Shown here: positions 47,748 to 57,894 of the stretch, one piece after another | How the letters are laid out: every line of letters starts with the position of its first letter | Position numbering within the stretch: position 1 is the stretch's first letter | DNA from: Clostridia bacterium | Lineage (GTDB): Bacteria; Bacillota; Clostridia; JAAYHZ01 | Assembly: GCA_050950825.1 (NCBI GenBank) | Contig: JBMNIH010000002.1 | Span: 384,001-448,000, forward strand | Reading direction: 5' to 3' | Length of the DNA stretch: 64,000 nt | The notes under the pieces: generated by a model | The model's input: the letters and a program-made list of their open reading frames with translations, nothing else | What the model was told of the DNA's origin: nothing | The model's database searches: none | Position numbers and translations under genes: made by a program

Positions 47748-50700
47748 ATGGATCAGATCATAATGCCTCGCTTAGGTAAAATCGCGAAACGTGAAACCGT
47801 CTTGAAAGATGAAAAGGTTTTCATCCTCACCCCTGACACCGATTCGGGAAGAATTTTCGGAGAACAAGTCAAGGAAAAAATATCGCCCTATACTTCCCGT
47901 GTTACGGTCTTAAATGACGGATCCAAGGATCTTTTCAAAGAATCCGCCCTTTTTATCGTTGCAGGGAATTTGGTGAACAATCCTTGCGTTCGTTACCTGT
48001 ATTACAAGTCCTATGTCATAACGGACCTGTGCTACCCCGGGCCCGGAGGATACGAGGTACGTACCCTGTTAGACCCCTTCGGGAAAGGCAAAAACATTCT
48101 TTTTATCGGTTTTTCCGACGAAGAAGGATTTCAAAAAGGCGCCCGGATCTTCTTGGAACGGATCACCTGCGATACGGTACCGTTTTTAAGAACCGTCTAT
48201 TATACCCGATTGCCGGTTACGGATAAGACCTTTAAGCGTTTGGCCGAATCGAAAGAACCGGATAACATCAGCCTTCTTCCGTCCGCCCATGTTAACAATT
48301 GGTACATGAAAGCATGGCTGGCCTATGCAACGGGAGAACAACAATATGCCGACGACTATATACGGGCCTGGAAAAAGCTTTTAATGTATGCCGAGCAAAA
48401 TCCGGACGAACCGGGCTTGAGCAACTCTACTTGCATCGGCATGTCGGCACACAGCGGATCTTTTTGGATCGCCATCCACGGCGGAATCATACCGGAAGAC
48501 CTTCAGGAAGATATCGAAAAAGTGTTGTACCGTTGGATGTGCAGCCGATTCGGAGCGCAACATGCCGCATCCTACAAGGACACTCGGCAGCCTCCCCACA
48601 ACATTACCATGTTTGTCGCTTTGGCATGCACTTACCTTTCGGAGTACTTTATAAAAACCTACGGTATGAACGAAACGCTGCAGAAGGTTGTAGAAATCGC
48701 CAAAAGACCTTTTGAATACTTCTCCTCCGGCCATTGGCGTCCCTACTGCGACGATTCTTCCTATTCTTTAAGCGTCAGTCTTCCTTTGGCAATCGCCTAT
48801 TCTTTCTTCGAAGAAAACAATACGTTTTTAAACACCTCTTTTAAAGACGCCAAGCCGTTTATTTTATCAATGCATATGCCCTCCGGCTTTATACCGTCCA
48901 TCGGAGACGGCGGCGTTGCAAAATTGGCATCCACGGTATGCCGTACTTACGCCTATTACTACAAGGACGGCCAAATCCAAGCTTTGTGCGATCGTGAACC
49001 GGATAAAAGCCGTTTGGATCCTACCGGCTTTACCTTGCCCTTCCGAGCCTTCTGCGGTGTAAAACCGGAACCGGAGGATTTGAATAAGGACGACCTATCG
49101 GTACTTGCTCTCAACCGTTGGCATTACGAAGCATCGGCGGCAAAATCCGAAGAAGGAAAAATTGTACCTTACCACAAAGCCTTTGATAAAATCAGCATGC
49201 GCAAATTTACAAAATCAGGCTGGGATTATCTATTGATTGACGGTCTCGGCATCGAAACCCACTGCAAAAACAACACGTTGGCCATTTTGGATTTGAGCAT
49301 TAACGGTATTTCCTGTTTTGTGGAGGAAAGCGGATACCGCTGGCCGGATCGAGAAAGCTGCACTACGGTCACCGTTTCCGGAAAAGGTTACTCCGGTATG
49401 ACACCGGAATTGGCGTGTCTCGACCGTATGGAGCAAACCGACGAGACCCTGTACATCAAGGCTACGGTACCGGGCTTCAACGGGACGGATTGGACAAGAG
49501 AGCTGTTTCTTGTATACGGAAAAGGCGCCGTCATCCACGACACATTTAAAGCCTACCGGGAGGACGATTACGTCTTTTACAGCCATTTTCGGATACCTGC
49601 GGAAATGAAAGCGGACGGCAATGCGGTACGCGGAATACGAATCGGACAAAACGGCGAAGAATACGAGCAAATAACCGCTTCCTTCTCTTCCTTCGATCCC
49701 GGAGTATCCGTTGAATTTATCGATATCGGATCGAAGAAATTCGAAAGCGGAGATATGGGAGAGCCTTGGTACAAAAAACCGGAAGGTCCGGATGCCATGG
49801 ATATGTGGAAAGAGCGCTACGGAAGCGATAAAGCCGTTATCACCAAGTATACCTCCTTCGTCGGAGCCAAGATGAAAGCCGAGGATACCGTATCCGTTAC
49901 CCACCTGCTGCAGGTCAGACGACCCGGTGCGGATAACGCCTACTTCGACCAAACGGAAGACGCTTATTGGATCGTATTTCCCGATGAAGAGGAGCATTTT
50001 AAGGAATACGCTCTCCCCTTTACACCCGCCCTTTTCTCCGATGAGCCCGTCCGGTCGTTAAGCGCAACGGAAGACGGAGAGCCTGTTACCGTCAAAACGA
50101 AAAAAGCTTTTAAAAAGAACATCAAGGGCTGTACCGTCACCGAAAAAGGAAACATTCTTGCATTTTACGACAATATCGTGAGGTATTTTAATAAAAGAAG
50201 GAGCTTGGTATTCGAGCAGGCATTTCCGGGGAATGTCCGCTCCGTAGCGGCGATCGACTTGGACGAAAACAGAACCGTTTTGGCCGTAGGCTACGATAAC
50301 AAAAACATACGCGTTCTGGACGGCAAAGGAAATCTTTTATGGGAAACGGAAATTCTTCGCCGGCCTACCATGCTGAGCAGCTGGGAAACCAAATACCCTA
50401 AAGTGTTCTCCTTGTGCTTCGTTAAAACGGAAGACTCTTATCGCTTGTTTGCAGGCTGCGGTGACAACCACGTCAAATTATTCGACGACAAAGGAAATCT
50501 TCTTAATACCTTGTTCGCCGACTACCGAATCATCGACCGCATGATTGCCGATGATGTGGATCAAGACGGCAACACGGAAGTTATGGCCTATGCGTCGGAC
50601 GAAGCAAGCTCCGGAATCCTTTATATCTACGACGAAAACTTGAATGTCAAGTACAAGGCATCCGCCGGCGGATGGCTGTACACCGTAAAAGCCGCGGCTT

Positions 50701-51125
50701 ATGCCCATATGAATCAAAAAACCTATTTTGCCGTCGGAGTGAATACCAATAATACGCTGTCCGTTTATGAACTGTCATCCGGAAAGCTCAACCTTTTGTT
50801 TTCAAAAGACATCGCGGGAGCCAACACGGCAGTGTGCTTCGATACGGAAAACAAGGTCCTTTATGCGGGAAGCGACAAGGGATACATCAAAGCCTTTGAT
50901 TTGACGGGATCCGAGCTCTATTCTTGCTATGTCAATATGCCCGTTTTAAAGCTTGCCGTTTGCAACGGGCAATTGTACGCGGTATCGGATAAAAAATTAT
51001 TGCGAACCGACCTTTCGTTAAACGTTACGGGTTCCTTGGCTCTGCCTTCGAAGCTACTCGATCTTATCCGAAAAGACGATAGTCTCCTGCTTGTTTTGGA
51101 AAGAGGAATCCATACCGTTTTATAA
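47748..51125 (+). CDS. Large multidomain protein: heparinase II/III-like core and C-terminal beta-propeller
   Basis: ATG 47748 after AAGGAGG (track 47685); HNI, PSIGD, FDKIS.R, YLLIDG; DGKGNLLW and DVDQDG repeats. Confidence 0.55.
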   Translation: MDQIIMPRLGKIAKRETVLKDEKVFILTPDTDSGRIFGEQVKEKISPYTSRVTVLNDGSKDLFKESALFIVAGNLVNNPCVRYLYYKSYVITDLCYPGPGGYEVRTLLDPFGKGKNILFIGFSDEEGFQKGARIFLERITCDTVPFLRTVYYTRLPVTDKTFKRLAESKEPDNISLLPSAHVNNWYMKAWLAYATGEQQYADDYIRAWKKLLMYAEQNPDEPGLSNSTCIGMSAHSGSFWIAIHGGIIPEDLQEDIEKVLYRWMCSRFGAQHAASYKDTRQPPHNITMFVALACTYLSEYFIKTYGMNETLQKVVEIAKRPFEYFSSGHWRPYCDDSSYSLSVSLPLAIAYSFFEENNTFLNTSFKDAKPFILSMHMPSGFIPSIGDGGVAKLASTVCRTYAYYYKDGQIQALCDREPDKSRLDPTGFTLPFRAFCGVKPEPEDLNKDDLSVLALNRWHYEASAAKSEEGKIVPYHKAFDKISMRKFTKSGWDYLLIDGLGIETHCKNNTLAILDLSINGISCFVEESGYRWPDRESCTTVTVSGKGYSGMTPELACLDRMEQTDETLYIKATVPGFNGTDWTRELFLVYGKGAVIHDTFKAYREDDYVFYSHFRIPAEMKADGNAVRGIRIGQNGEEYEQITASFSSFDPGVSVEFIDIGSKKFESGDMGEPWYKKPEGPDAMDMWKERYGSDKAVITKYTSFVGAKMKAEDTVSVTHLLQVRRPGADNAYFDQTEDAYWIVFPDEEEHFKEYALPFTPALFSDEPVRSLSATEDGEPVTVKTKKAFKKNIKGCTVTEKGNILAFYDNIVRYFNKRRSLVFEQAFPGNVRSVAAIDLDENRTVLAVGYDNKNIRVLDGKGNLLWETEILRRPTMLSSWETKYPKVFSLCFVKTEDSYRLFAGCGDNHVKLFDDKGNLLNTLFADYRIIDRMIADDVDQDGNTEVMAYASDEASSGILYIYDENLNVKYKASAGGWLYTVKAAAYAHMNQKTYFAVGVNTNNTLSVYELSSGKLNLLFSKDIAGANTAVCFDTENKVLYAGSDKGYIKAFDLTGSELYSCYVNMPVLKLAVCNGQLYAVSDKKLLRTDLSLNVTGSLALPSKLLDLIRKDDSLLLVLERGIHTVL

Positions 51126-51198
51126 TTACAAACTTTTAACATAAGGGACAGTGCAGAAGGGATAAAAATTCCCGAAGCACTGTCTTTTTTAAATCTTC

Positions 51199-51636
51199 TT
51201 AGGAATGAGATTTCTTTTTTATGCTTTCGATATCCTCGACAGGCAACCAATCGTCCATATTGCCGTAATTGCTTCGATCAATGGTAAAAGGTACGATTTC
51301 CCGGTAATTTTCAATCTCAATCAGCACAAGATATCGTTTTCCGGCCCACCGCTTTATCTGATTGGGAGTAAGACAAAGCATTGCCTGATAATCCGATATC
51401 AGCTTTTGAGACTCTTCCTCCGTCAACTTTTCCGAATTCAACACCTTTTTTACCGTGGCACGGCATCGCACCGACCCTTTGCCGTTGTTTTCGACGAACC
51501 ATAAAACATCGCCGGGGTGAACGCGCCCGTAGGGCAGTTTTCTTCCGGCAGCGCCACGGATAATCATGCTTTTTTGACCGTTTCTAAGCTTATCCAATTC
51601 CTTTTCTTTCGCATCAAGATAAACAACATGATTCAT
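51199..51636 (-). CDS. Conserved hypothetical protein, ASCH/PUA-like
   Basis: GGAGG RBS; GQKSMIIRG...PGD.LWF pattern. Confidence 0.65.
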   Translation of the reverse strand: MNHVVYLDAKEKELDKLRNGQKSMIIRGAAGRKLPYGRVHPGDVLWFVENNGKGSVRCRATVKKVLNSEKLTEEESQKLISDYQAMLCLTPNQIKRWAGKRYLVLIEIENYREIVPFTIDRSNYGNMDDWLPVEDIESIKKKSHS

Positions 51637-51672
51637 ATACGAAACCTCCGCTTATTTTCCTATCTGTTTTTG

Positions 51673-51945
51673 TCAATTATTGCGGTCCCTTTTCCCCATT
51701 AGGATACGGAACCGGTCCAATCCGCACCCGTCCGTAATATCGCCAAACGGGTAAATTGCAAAAGCCATTATGACTCCACGCAATACCCGTACAAGAAGCC
51801 CAAGGACTACGGTCAACCGGTCGGAGGACTTCATCATCAAGACAAAGCCGGGATCGTTTTCGAAATATACAAAGTGTACCACGGAGTATACGGGATAACG
51901 GGGTACCCCGGTATTGCATTTTTCATGATCCCTCCTCCGATCCAT
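51673..51945 (-). pseudogene. Probable remnant of a membrane-protein gene
   Basis: Hydrophobic LTVVLGLLVRVLRGVIMAFAIYPF segment in a short ORF without a clear start. Confidence 0.3.
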
Positions 51946-53455
51946 TATATATCAAATATTGATGATAACCCTTAAGATCCGTATTCGGTATTGCCTTTTG
52001 TTCTATTCTTGGATATTCGACTAGCAAGGCGGATATCAAGAGCGCTATGGCGAACACGAATATTGCGCAACCAAGCCATACAGACAGAATCGGATAAACC
52101 GAGGTAATCAATAAGTATTCCGAGCCAGCGCACCGCATTAGAATTCCGAATAGAATGAATGCTATACCTACTCGAAGCACTCGGAAGCATTTTTGCTTGC
52201 GTTGATAATAGGGCGAGATTTGCCTAAATACCAAAAGAAGGCTTATTGAGATCAGGATACCGATCACCCCGCAGAGTCCGTATTGACCGAGGACAATCCT
52301 TCCCATGCCCGCGGACGGGAACCCTCGCCAACGGGCCCAATCCCTTAAAACATATGCAAAAAAGAGCCGGCTTTGTTGGCTGTTCGTCAGGATGACAATG
52401 GCATCTCCTGTTTCAGGAACGGCCTGGAAATGGGTCATAATACCGTTCCCTTGGCCGCCGTGGGAGATCGAGAGCATGCCGTTTGGCAGCTTTTCGATAA
52501 AGTGACCCAATCCGTACCCCTTAAATAGCAACCCGTAAATACCGATTCTTTGGCTTTGGGGAGTATACATAAGCCTTATGCTTTCACCGCTTAACACGGA
52601 AGTTTCTTTCATACCCGAAGCCGCAAAACGAGCAATGTCATTGGCCGTAGCGAACAGACCGCCCGATGCCTTAGAAGGATAGAGATAGACCGGCACCGGT
52701 TCTCCGCCGAGGTTATAACCCGTCGGAAGAAAAAGCGACGCCTTTCTGTCGATTTCAAAGGTTGCGCTTTCCATGCCTAGCGGGAGAAAAATTTCCGTAC
52801 GGATATACTCCGAAAAGCTTTGGCCCGTAATATCCTCGATGACAATTTCCAATAGATTGTAGCCTGTGTTGGAGTAGGAAAATCTCGTTCCCGCCTTGTA
52901 TACCGGCACCGCTTCCTCGAATGTCACGTCCCGGTTTGAGGGCATTGTCTCGCCGGGGGAATAGACACGGGTAAAATCGCCTAAGGGTAGCCCTGCAGTG
53001 TGGCTCAAAAGCTGCCGTGTCGTAATGTTTTCTATCAAATAGTCCGATTTTAGGTATTGCGACACCGGAGCGTCCAAGTCGATTAAGCCTTTTTCCACAA
53101 GTCGCATAACGCCCCACGCCGTAACGGATTTTGTAATGGATTGAACGCTCATGGGGGTATTGATCGTCAGTTTTCTGCCGCTTTCCGCATCGGCATACCC
53201 GTAAGCTTCGGTCCATACGACTTCACAATCCTTTACAAGGGCGATGTTGCAGCCCGGTATGCGATACTTTTTCATCAAAGCAGGGATACGCCGGTTCATA
53301 TATACCTTAAAATTGTCAAGAGACGCATCCGCATGTATATCCCGTTTAATTTGCAGACTACCGGAAAAAAGCGCAACAAGAAAGCCGAATAATAAAGATA
53401 TTAGGATAAACCGAATCCATATCCCGGAGCTCTTCCATATTCTTGATTTCATCAT
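51923..53455 (-). CDS. Serine hydrolase (beta-lactamase-related) with C-terminal TM helices
   Basis: SITK (SxxK), LLSHTAG, FSYSN, HGG; ATG after GGAGGTG (track 53494). Confidence 0.88.
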   Translation of the reverse strand: MMKSRIWKSSGIWIRFILISLLFGFLVALFSGSLQIKRDIHADASLDNFKVYMNRRIPALMKKYRIPGCNIALVKDCEVVWTEAYGYADAESGRKLTINTPMSVQSITKSVTAWGVMRLVEKGLIDLDAPVSQYLKSDYLIENITTRQLLSHTAGLPLGDFTRVYSPGETMPSNRDVTFEEAVPVYKAGTRFSYSNTGYNLLEIVIEDITGQSFSEYIRTEIFLPLGMESATFEIDRKASLFLPTGYNLGGEPVPVYLYPSKASGGLFATANDIARFAASGMKETSVLSGESIRLMYTPQSQRIGIYGLLFKGYGLGHFIEKLPNGMLSISHGGQGNGIMTHFQAVPETGDAIVILTNSQQSRLFFAYVLRDWARWRGFPSAGMGRIVLGQYGLCGVIGILISISLLLVFRQISPYYQRKQKCFRVLRVGIAFILFGILMRCAGSEYLLITSVYPILSVWLGCAIFVFAIALLISALLVEYPRIEQKAIPNTDLKGYHQYLIYNGSEEGS

Positions 53456-53754
53456 ACATCCACCTCCGAATTTCTCACCGAACGGCACGTGCATTCCGCT
53501 CCGATTGTCCGGGTCTCAACAATGTAAATACCCTCATAAAAAATCATAAGCGGCACGGTCGCGGCAATCGGAATAAGCTGCCCATTCATATGTGAATTCA
53601 TACTTTTTAATGCTCTAAGACCGTCCAACTCTTTTATTTACGAGCTTCTCAATAAAAATCATTTGTATTTCTTCCCTCTTCCCGCTAAAAGGAACACAAC
53701 AGGGTTAGCAGAAAAGAATGAGGAGCATATTCTTCGTTAGTACAAACCCGTTCA

Positions 53755-53964
53755 TCATGCGACATCTCCCGTATGGTCTGCGGTCTGTTTTTCTTTCGAT
53801 TTTTTATTCACGGAAATCGCTCCGAGAACAACCCCCACACCGGCTCCGATATACAGCCCCGTAACCACGTTTTGAAAAAGCGCCCCGAGCATAATGCCGA
53901 CGGCAGTGCAAAAGCCTATAGCCGTCCCTAAATTCCAATAATCCTTTATTCTTCTTTTTTCCAT
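53755..53964 (-). CDS. Small glycine-zipper membrane protein
   Basis: GGGAGG RBS; GxxxGxxxGxxxG helices. Confidence 0.65.
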   Translation of the reverse strand: MEKRRIKDYWNLGTAIGFCTAVGIMLGALFQNVVTGLYIGAGVGVVLGAISVNKKSKEKQTADHTGDVA

Positions 53965-54204
53965 TCGATTCAACCTCCCATCTTCATCTTGTATTCAAAT
54001 AGTTGATACCTTTAATCACCCTTCCGGCTTCACCGTATGTTTGTTCTTTTTTGCGATGCACTTCGTGCGCTTCGGTATCATAGAAGCACGGATGAACATA
54101 TTCTTTTGCCAAATGTCGCAAAAACCGGATCCATTTTTTACGGATACACTTTATCAGTCTCATACATTCCTTCTCTTCGTACCGTTTTCGGTTTTACCTC
54201 GTTC

Positions 54205-54250
54205 AGTGTAAAAGACATGACGGTCATATGATAAGTTACCGGAGTCATAT
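54205..54250 (-). promoter_or_regulatory. Putative NarL/LuxR response-regulator boxes and -10
   Basis: ATGAC-G-GTCAT inverted repeat; GTCATAT repeated 21 bp apart; TACACT -10. Confidence 0.4.
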
Positions 54251-54302
54251 ATGAGGTAATAAAAAAACGGAAGCCGCAGCTCCCGCCTTAAAACCGAAGC
54301 TT

Positions 54303-54938
54303 TTAAAATCCCATCCGTTTGAAGTGCAATATGGCATTCGCTCGGTCCGTAATTCCGGCTTTGCCGTATATTTGACTGATATAGTTTTTAACCGTACCGA
54401 CGGTTAGGAATAGTGTACGGGCAATTTCTTGATTGCTTTTTCCTTGAATGAGCAAACGAATGATATCTTGTTCGCGAGGGGAAAAGTCCGAAAGGGACAT
54501 TTCCGGTTTGCCTTGTGTGCCGATATGCTTTGTAATTTTAGCGGCAATATTCCCGGGCAAAATGACGCTTCCGCATACGGTGTCACGAATGGCTTCCGCA
54601 AGCTTCGCTCCGCTGATATCCTTTAAAAGATATCCCGAAGCGCCGTTGGCAATGGCGCCGAGAATGGATTCATCGTCATCATATGTAGTTAATACCAATA
54701 CCGCCGTTTCGGGGAAATCCCGCTTAATCAGGCGTGTAGCCTCCACTCCGCCCATTTGCGGCATTCGAATATCCATAAGTACGACCTGCGGCTGATGGAT
54801 TTTCGTCTGTTCATAAGCTTCCATGCCGTTTTTCGCTTCCGCAACCACCCGAATATCCGCATTTGTTTCAAGTAATGCGCGCAGCCCGTCTCGTATGATG
54901 GTCTGGTCGTCCGCCAACAGTATCGTAATGGGATTCAT
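54303..54938 (-). CDS. NarL/LuxR family response regulator
   Basis: ADDQ, LMDIRMP, LTTY, GYLLKD, LuxR-type HTH. Confidence 0.95.
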   Translation of the reverse strand: MNPITILLADDQTIIRDGLRALLETNADIRVVAEAKNGMEAYEQTKIHQPQVVLMDIRMPQMGGVEATRLIKRDFPETAVLVLTTYDDDESILGAIANGASGYLLKDISGAKLAEAIRDTVCGSVILPGNIAAKITKHIGTQGKPEMSLSDFSPREQDIIRLLIQGKSNQEIARTLFLTVGTVKNYISQIYGKAGITDRANAILHFKRMGF

Positions 54939-56338
54939 TGCGTATCCTCCTTTCCTTGTACGACGGGAATTACAAGGTTAACGGTAAACCCCTCTCCCGG
55001 CTCGCTTTCAATTTCCAATACCCCGCCTACGCTTTGCACACGCTCTCGCATAATGGATAGCCCGGAGCCGAACTTTACATCATCCGCTCCGCTACCGTTA
55101 TCCGTAAAAGCCACCCTCAGCTGTCCTTTATACGGAGCAATCAAAATATCCGCATGCGTTGCATGCCCGTGTCGAATGGCGTTGGTTGTACATTCCTTTA
55201 TCGCCGAGAGCAGTATGCCGGCTTGAAGAGGAGGCAATACAACCTTCGATTCCATAACAAGATGAATATCGAGCCCGGTATCGGAACGGATTTCCTGCAA
55301 AAGCCCTTCGAGAACGGAAGCAAAATCGGTTTCGTTACCCGCCCTGACGATTTTAACGGAAGCGCGAAGCTCCGAAAGACCCCGTCGCACCTGCTCTATT
55401 CCTTGACGCAGCTTTTGCGCCGCATTCGTCTCCGATACAAGTCCCTCCGCCGCTTCTAACGTCAGAACGGCGGCAGTCAGCGTATGACCGACCGTATCAT
55501 GCATTTCGGCGGCAATGCGATTTCTCTCCTCCACCACTGCCAAGCTCTTTAGCTTCTCGGATTGTCGGTTTACCGTATGAAGAGCCGATTCCAGCATAAT
55601 ACTTGTAATCATTTGTTTTTTCAATGTATAAAAGGCGATCAAGGCAAGTAAAACCACAAGGGTGTTAACGAAAAAATAGCGAATAAGGTCCGCCGTTTCT
55701 CCGCTTCCGGATAAATGTATCGTTCTTGCCGTGCCGCCCAATAGATAGGTGCCAAGTGCACCGATTCCATAGACCTTAGCCCGAGAGAGCGATGCATGGT
55801 TGATTGCACCGAACCCCGCTATGATGGAAAGAAACAAGTTGTCCCCCGAAACATCCAGATACTGGATCGGGATGCATAGACAAAGCTGTATCATCGGTAA
55901 ATACGGTTCGACGATAAGGCGCTTATTTACAGGGAGCAAATTATACAGCAGCATGATGAGAAAAGAGGCGGATAACAGCCAAAGAATGGGGATGTATGTA
56001 GGAGTGTCGACATTTTCCGCCAGCATATGCAGCCCCAACACTTGATAAGCAATCGTCAGCAGGAAAAAGACCCCTTTATTTGTCAGACGATTTGATTTTT
56101 CCGGTTCGTCATTCGTGTTGTTCTTTGGCGCTGCCTTTTCGGCGCGAAACAGGTAAAAAGCAATGGCGGCCAATCCGAAAACGGCAATTGACAAGAAATA
56201 GAGGGCGCGATGCAGCGGCTTACGTTCACGCACTCTTATATCCTCCACAATGAAGAGAATCTGCATCAATAACCGGAACAATATTCCAAGAAACAGAAAC
56301 GGCCAAATTCCTCTAATTTGCATTTCCTTACCTCGCAT
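54935..56338 (-). CDS. Membrane sensor histidine kinase (HisKA_3)
   Basis: Multiple TMs; ERNRIAAEMHDTVGH, E..TNAIRH, DNGSG, GSGL..MRER. Confidence 0.93.
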   Translation of the reverse strand: MRGKEMQIRGIWPFLFLGILFRLLMQILFIVEDIRVRERKPLHRALYFLSIAVFGLAAIAFYLFRAEKAAPKNNTNDEPEKSNRLTNKGVFFLLTIAYQVLGLHMLAENVDTPTYIPILWLLSASFLIMLLYNLLPVNKRLIVEPYLPMIQLCLCIPIQYLDVSGDNLFLSIIAGFGAINHASLSRAKVYGIGALGTYLLGGTARTIHLSGSGETADLIRYFFVNTLVVLLALIAFYTLKKQMITSIMLESALHTVNRQSEKLKSLAVVEERNRIAAEMHDTVGHTLTAAVLTLEAAEGLVSETNAAQKLRQGIEQVRRGLSELRASVKIVRAGNETDFASVLEGLLQEIRSDTGLDIHLVMESKVVLPPLQAGILLSAIKECTTNAIRHGHATHADILIAPYKGQLRVAFTDNGSGADDVKFGSGLSIMRERVQSVGGVLEIESEPGEGFTVNLVIPVVQGKEDTQ

Positions 56339-56618
56339 TCCTTGTGCTTTTAATTTTCCTTTCGTCCAACGGCAATATCGTATAAACGGTGATATGAATC
56401 CCGACCGGCCGTTTCCTTTTCGGATAATGACGGTTTACTTCGCCTTCGTATTCTGTGTTATGTCTGCATATATTACTTGAATACTACCGTATTTTTCCTT
56501 ATGCCCGTCAATGAAAACCGCTATTTAGGGTAGCTTTCTTAAAATTGTTAAATTATTCTTATCGATATTTTAACATAAAAATCTCGCTTCTTTGCCTTGA
56601 AGATCAATTTTTGTCAAC

Positions 56619-56659
56619 AAAAAAAGACCGTGCACGGCATGTGCATCGGTCACTTTTTT
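56619..56659 (-). terminator. Terminator after TetR gene
   Basis: GACCGATGCAC/GTGCACGGTC stem with T-run. Confidence 0.6.
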
Positions 56660-56665
56660 AAAAGC

Positions 56666-57235
56666 TTAATACAGAAGGCCTTTTGCCAGCAACTTGCCTA
56701 CGTTATCTTTAATCTTTTTCACATCCGGTTTTTCTTTTCCGCGTACATAGCGGCCCATAACGCCCTGCATTGCCCCTAATAAAGCATAGGAGGCTATATC
56801 CGCATCCATGGATCGAATCACCGAATAGATCATGCCCTCTTTCATAACGTTGGCAACGATGTCTGCCAGCTCGCGAATTAATCCGTCGGCTACGTCACGA
56901 ATTTCCTTGTCGATGCTTCCGGTCAACTCGAAAAACAGAATATTGACAAAGCTGCTGTTTTCAACGCAGTAATCAATGAAAAAGTTGATGCAGTTTAGCA
57001 CTTGCCTGTCCGGAGAATATTCGCTGTAAGCGATATCGTTCAGCCTTTGTCCGATGTACCTGAATCCTTCTTTGATCACTTCGGTAAAAAGAGAAACCTT
57101 TGAAGGGAAATTGTAATACAATGTTCCTTTTGCCACACCGGCTTTTTCCGCAATCATATCCATGGTTGCCATGTAATAGCCGTTTTGTGAAAACACTTCT
57201 TGTGCCGCGTCCAAAATCTTTCTTCTCGTATCCAT
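56666..57235 (-). CDS. TetR/AcrR family regulator
   Basis: ILDAA..F...GY..TMDMIAEKAGVAKGTLYY.F.SK; ATG 57235 after GGAGG (track 57331). Confidence 0.93.
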   Translation of the reverse strand: MDTRRKILDAAQEVFSQNGYYMATMDMIAEKAGVAKGTLYYNFPSKVSLFTEVIKEGFRYIGQRLNDIAYSEYSPDRQVLNCINFFIDYCVENSSFVNILFFELTGSIDKEIRDVADGLIRELADIVANVMKEGMIYSVIRSMDADIASYALLGAMQGVMGRYVRGKEKPDVKKIKDNVGKLLAKGLLY

Positions 57236-57261
57236 CGTCATACCTCCATCCAATGATTTGT

Positions 57262-57307
57262 ACTGACCAGTCAGTTCAATTATATCGCTCTGAGAAATCT
57301 TTGTCAA
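57262..57307 (-). promoter_or_regulatory. Sigma-A promoter and TetR-type operator
   Basis: TTGACA, 17 bp, TATAAT; palindrome ACTGAC-N2-GTCAGT at 57262-57275. Confidence 0.75.
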
Positions 57308-57320
57308 CATTAAAAAAAGA

Positions 57321-57605
57321 CTATTTTTCAATAGTCTTTTGTGAATATTCTCTTATTATTTTCCGAATACCGGACTCGGATAGGTTGTATTCGCTGACCA
57401 ATTGTCCTACACACATTCCTTGCCGGTAGCATTGATAAATCTCCAAATTCCTTCTTTTATACTCTTCTCTCACGCCGTTCTTTTCTCCCCAAGCGGCTCG
57501 AGAACGGCTCTTTTTAGGAATGTAAATCAATTCGCCTTCAACATACTTTCGAATCTCATCTAAAATTCTATCGGGAAGTATGTCTTTGGCGTTCAAATAT
57601 TTCAT
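57321..57605 (-). CDS. CD3324 family (Mor-like) DNA-binding protein
   Basis: MKY.NAKDILP...EI.KYVEG.LIYIP...WGE..G.R...RN.EI...Y.LS...IRKI. Confidence 0.88.
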   Translation of the reverse strand: MKYLNAKDILPDRILDEIRKYVEGELIYIPKKSRSRAAWGEKNGVREEYKRRNLEIYQCYRQGMCVGQLVSEYNLSESGIRKIIREYSQKTIEK

Positions 57606-57670
57606 GGTCTCCTCCTTAGCTATTCATAGCCGGAAGATTCCTTTTGATCACAAAAACATTTTACTTCCGG

Positions 57671-57742
57671 CTAAACCAAAAACCACCTTACTATTCCTTT
57701 ATTCATCTTATCTACATTTTGATCATTTCTTAGCCGAATCAT
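57671..57742 (-). CDS. Putative leader peptide (23 aa)
   Basis: AAGGAGG RBS; MIRLRNDQNVDKMNKGIVRWFLV*. Confidence 0.45.
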   Translation of the reverse strand: MIRLRNDQNVDKMNKGIVRWFLV

Positions 57743-57840
57743 TGACCTTCCTCCTTTCCGTATATTCTTCATATTCTTCTGCTCTTTCGCCGCGGATTTT
57801 TTTTAACGGCGAGGAAATCTCGCCGCACCGGCATCAAAAC

Positions 57841-57894
57841 TTAGTTTCGAACCTCCGGTGAATAGAAATTTCCTCGCAAACTTTTGTCGATCAA
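57841..57894 (-). CDS. Putative leader peptide (17 aa, TTG start)
   Basis: AAGGAGGTG RBS; MIDKSLRGNFYSPEVRN*. Confidence 0.35.
   Translation of the reverse strand: MIDKSLRGNFYSPEVRN

Noticed and set aside
51134-56578. 11-bp direct repeat TTTTAACATAA flanking the two-component region
   Set aside because: Short and AT-rich with no integrase nearby; plausible by chance.
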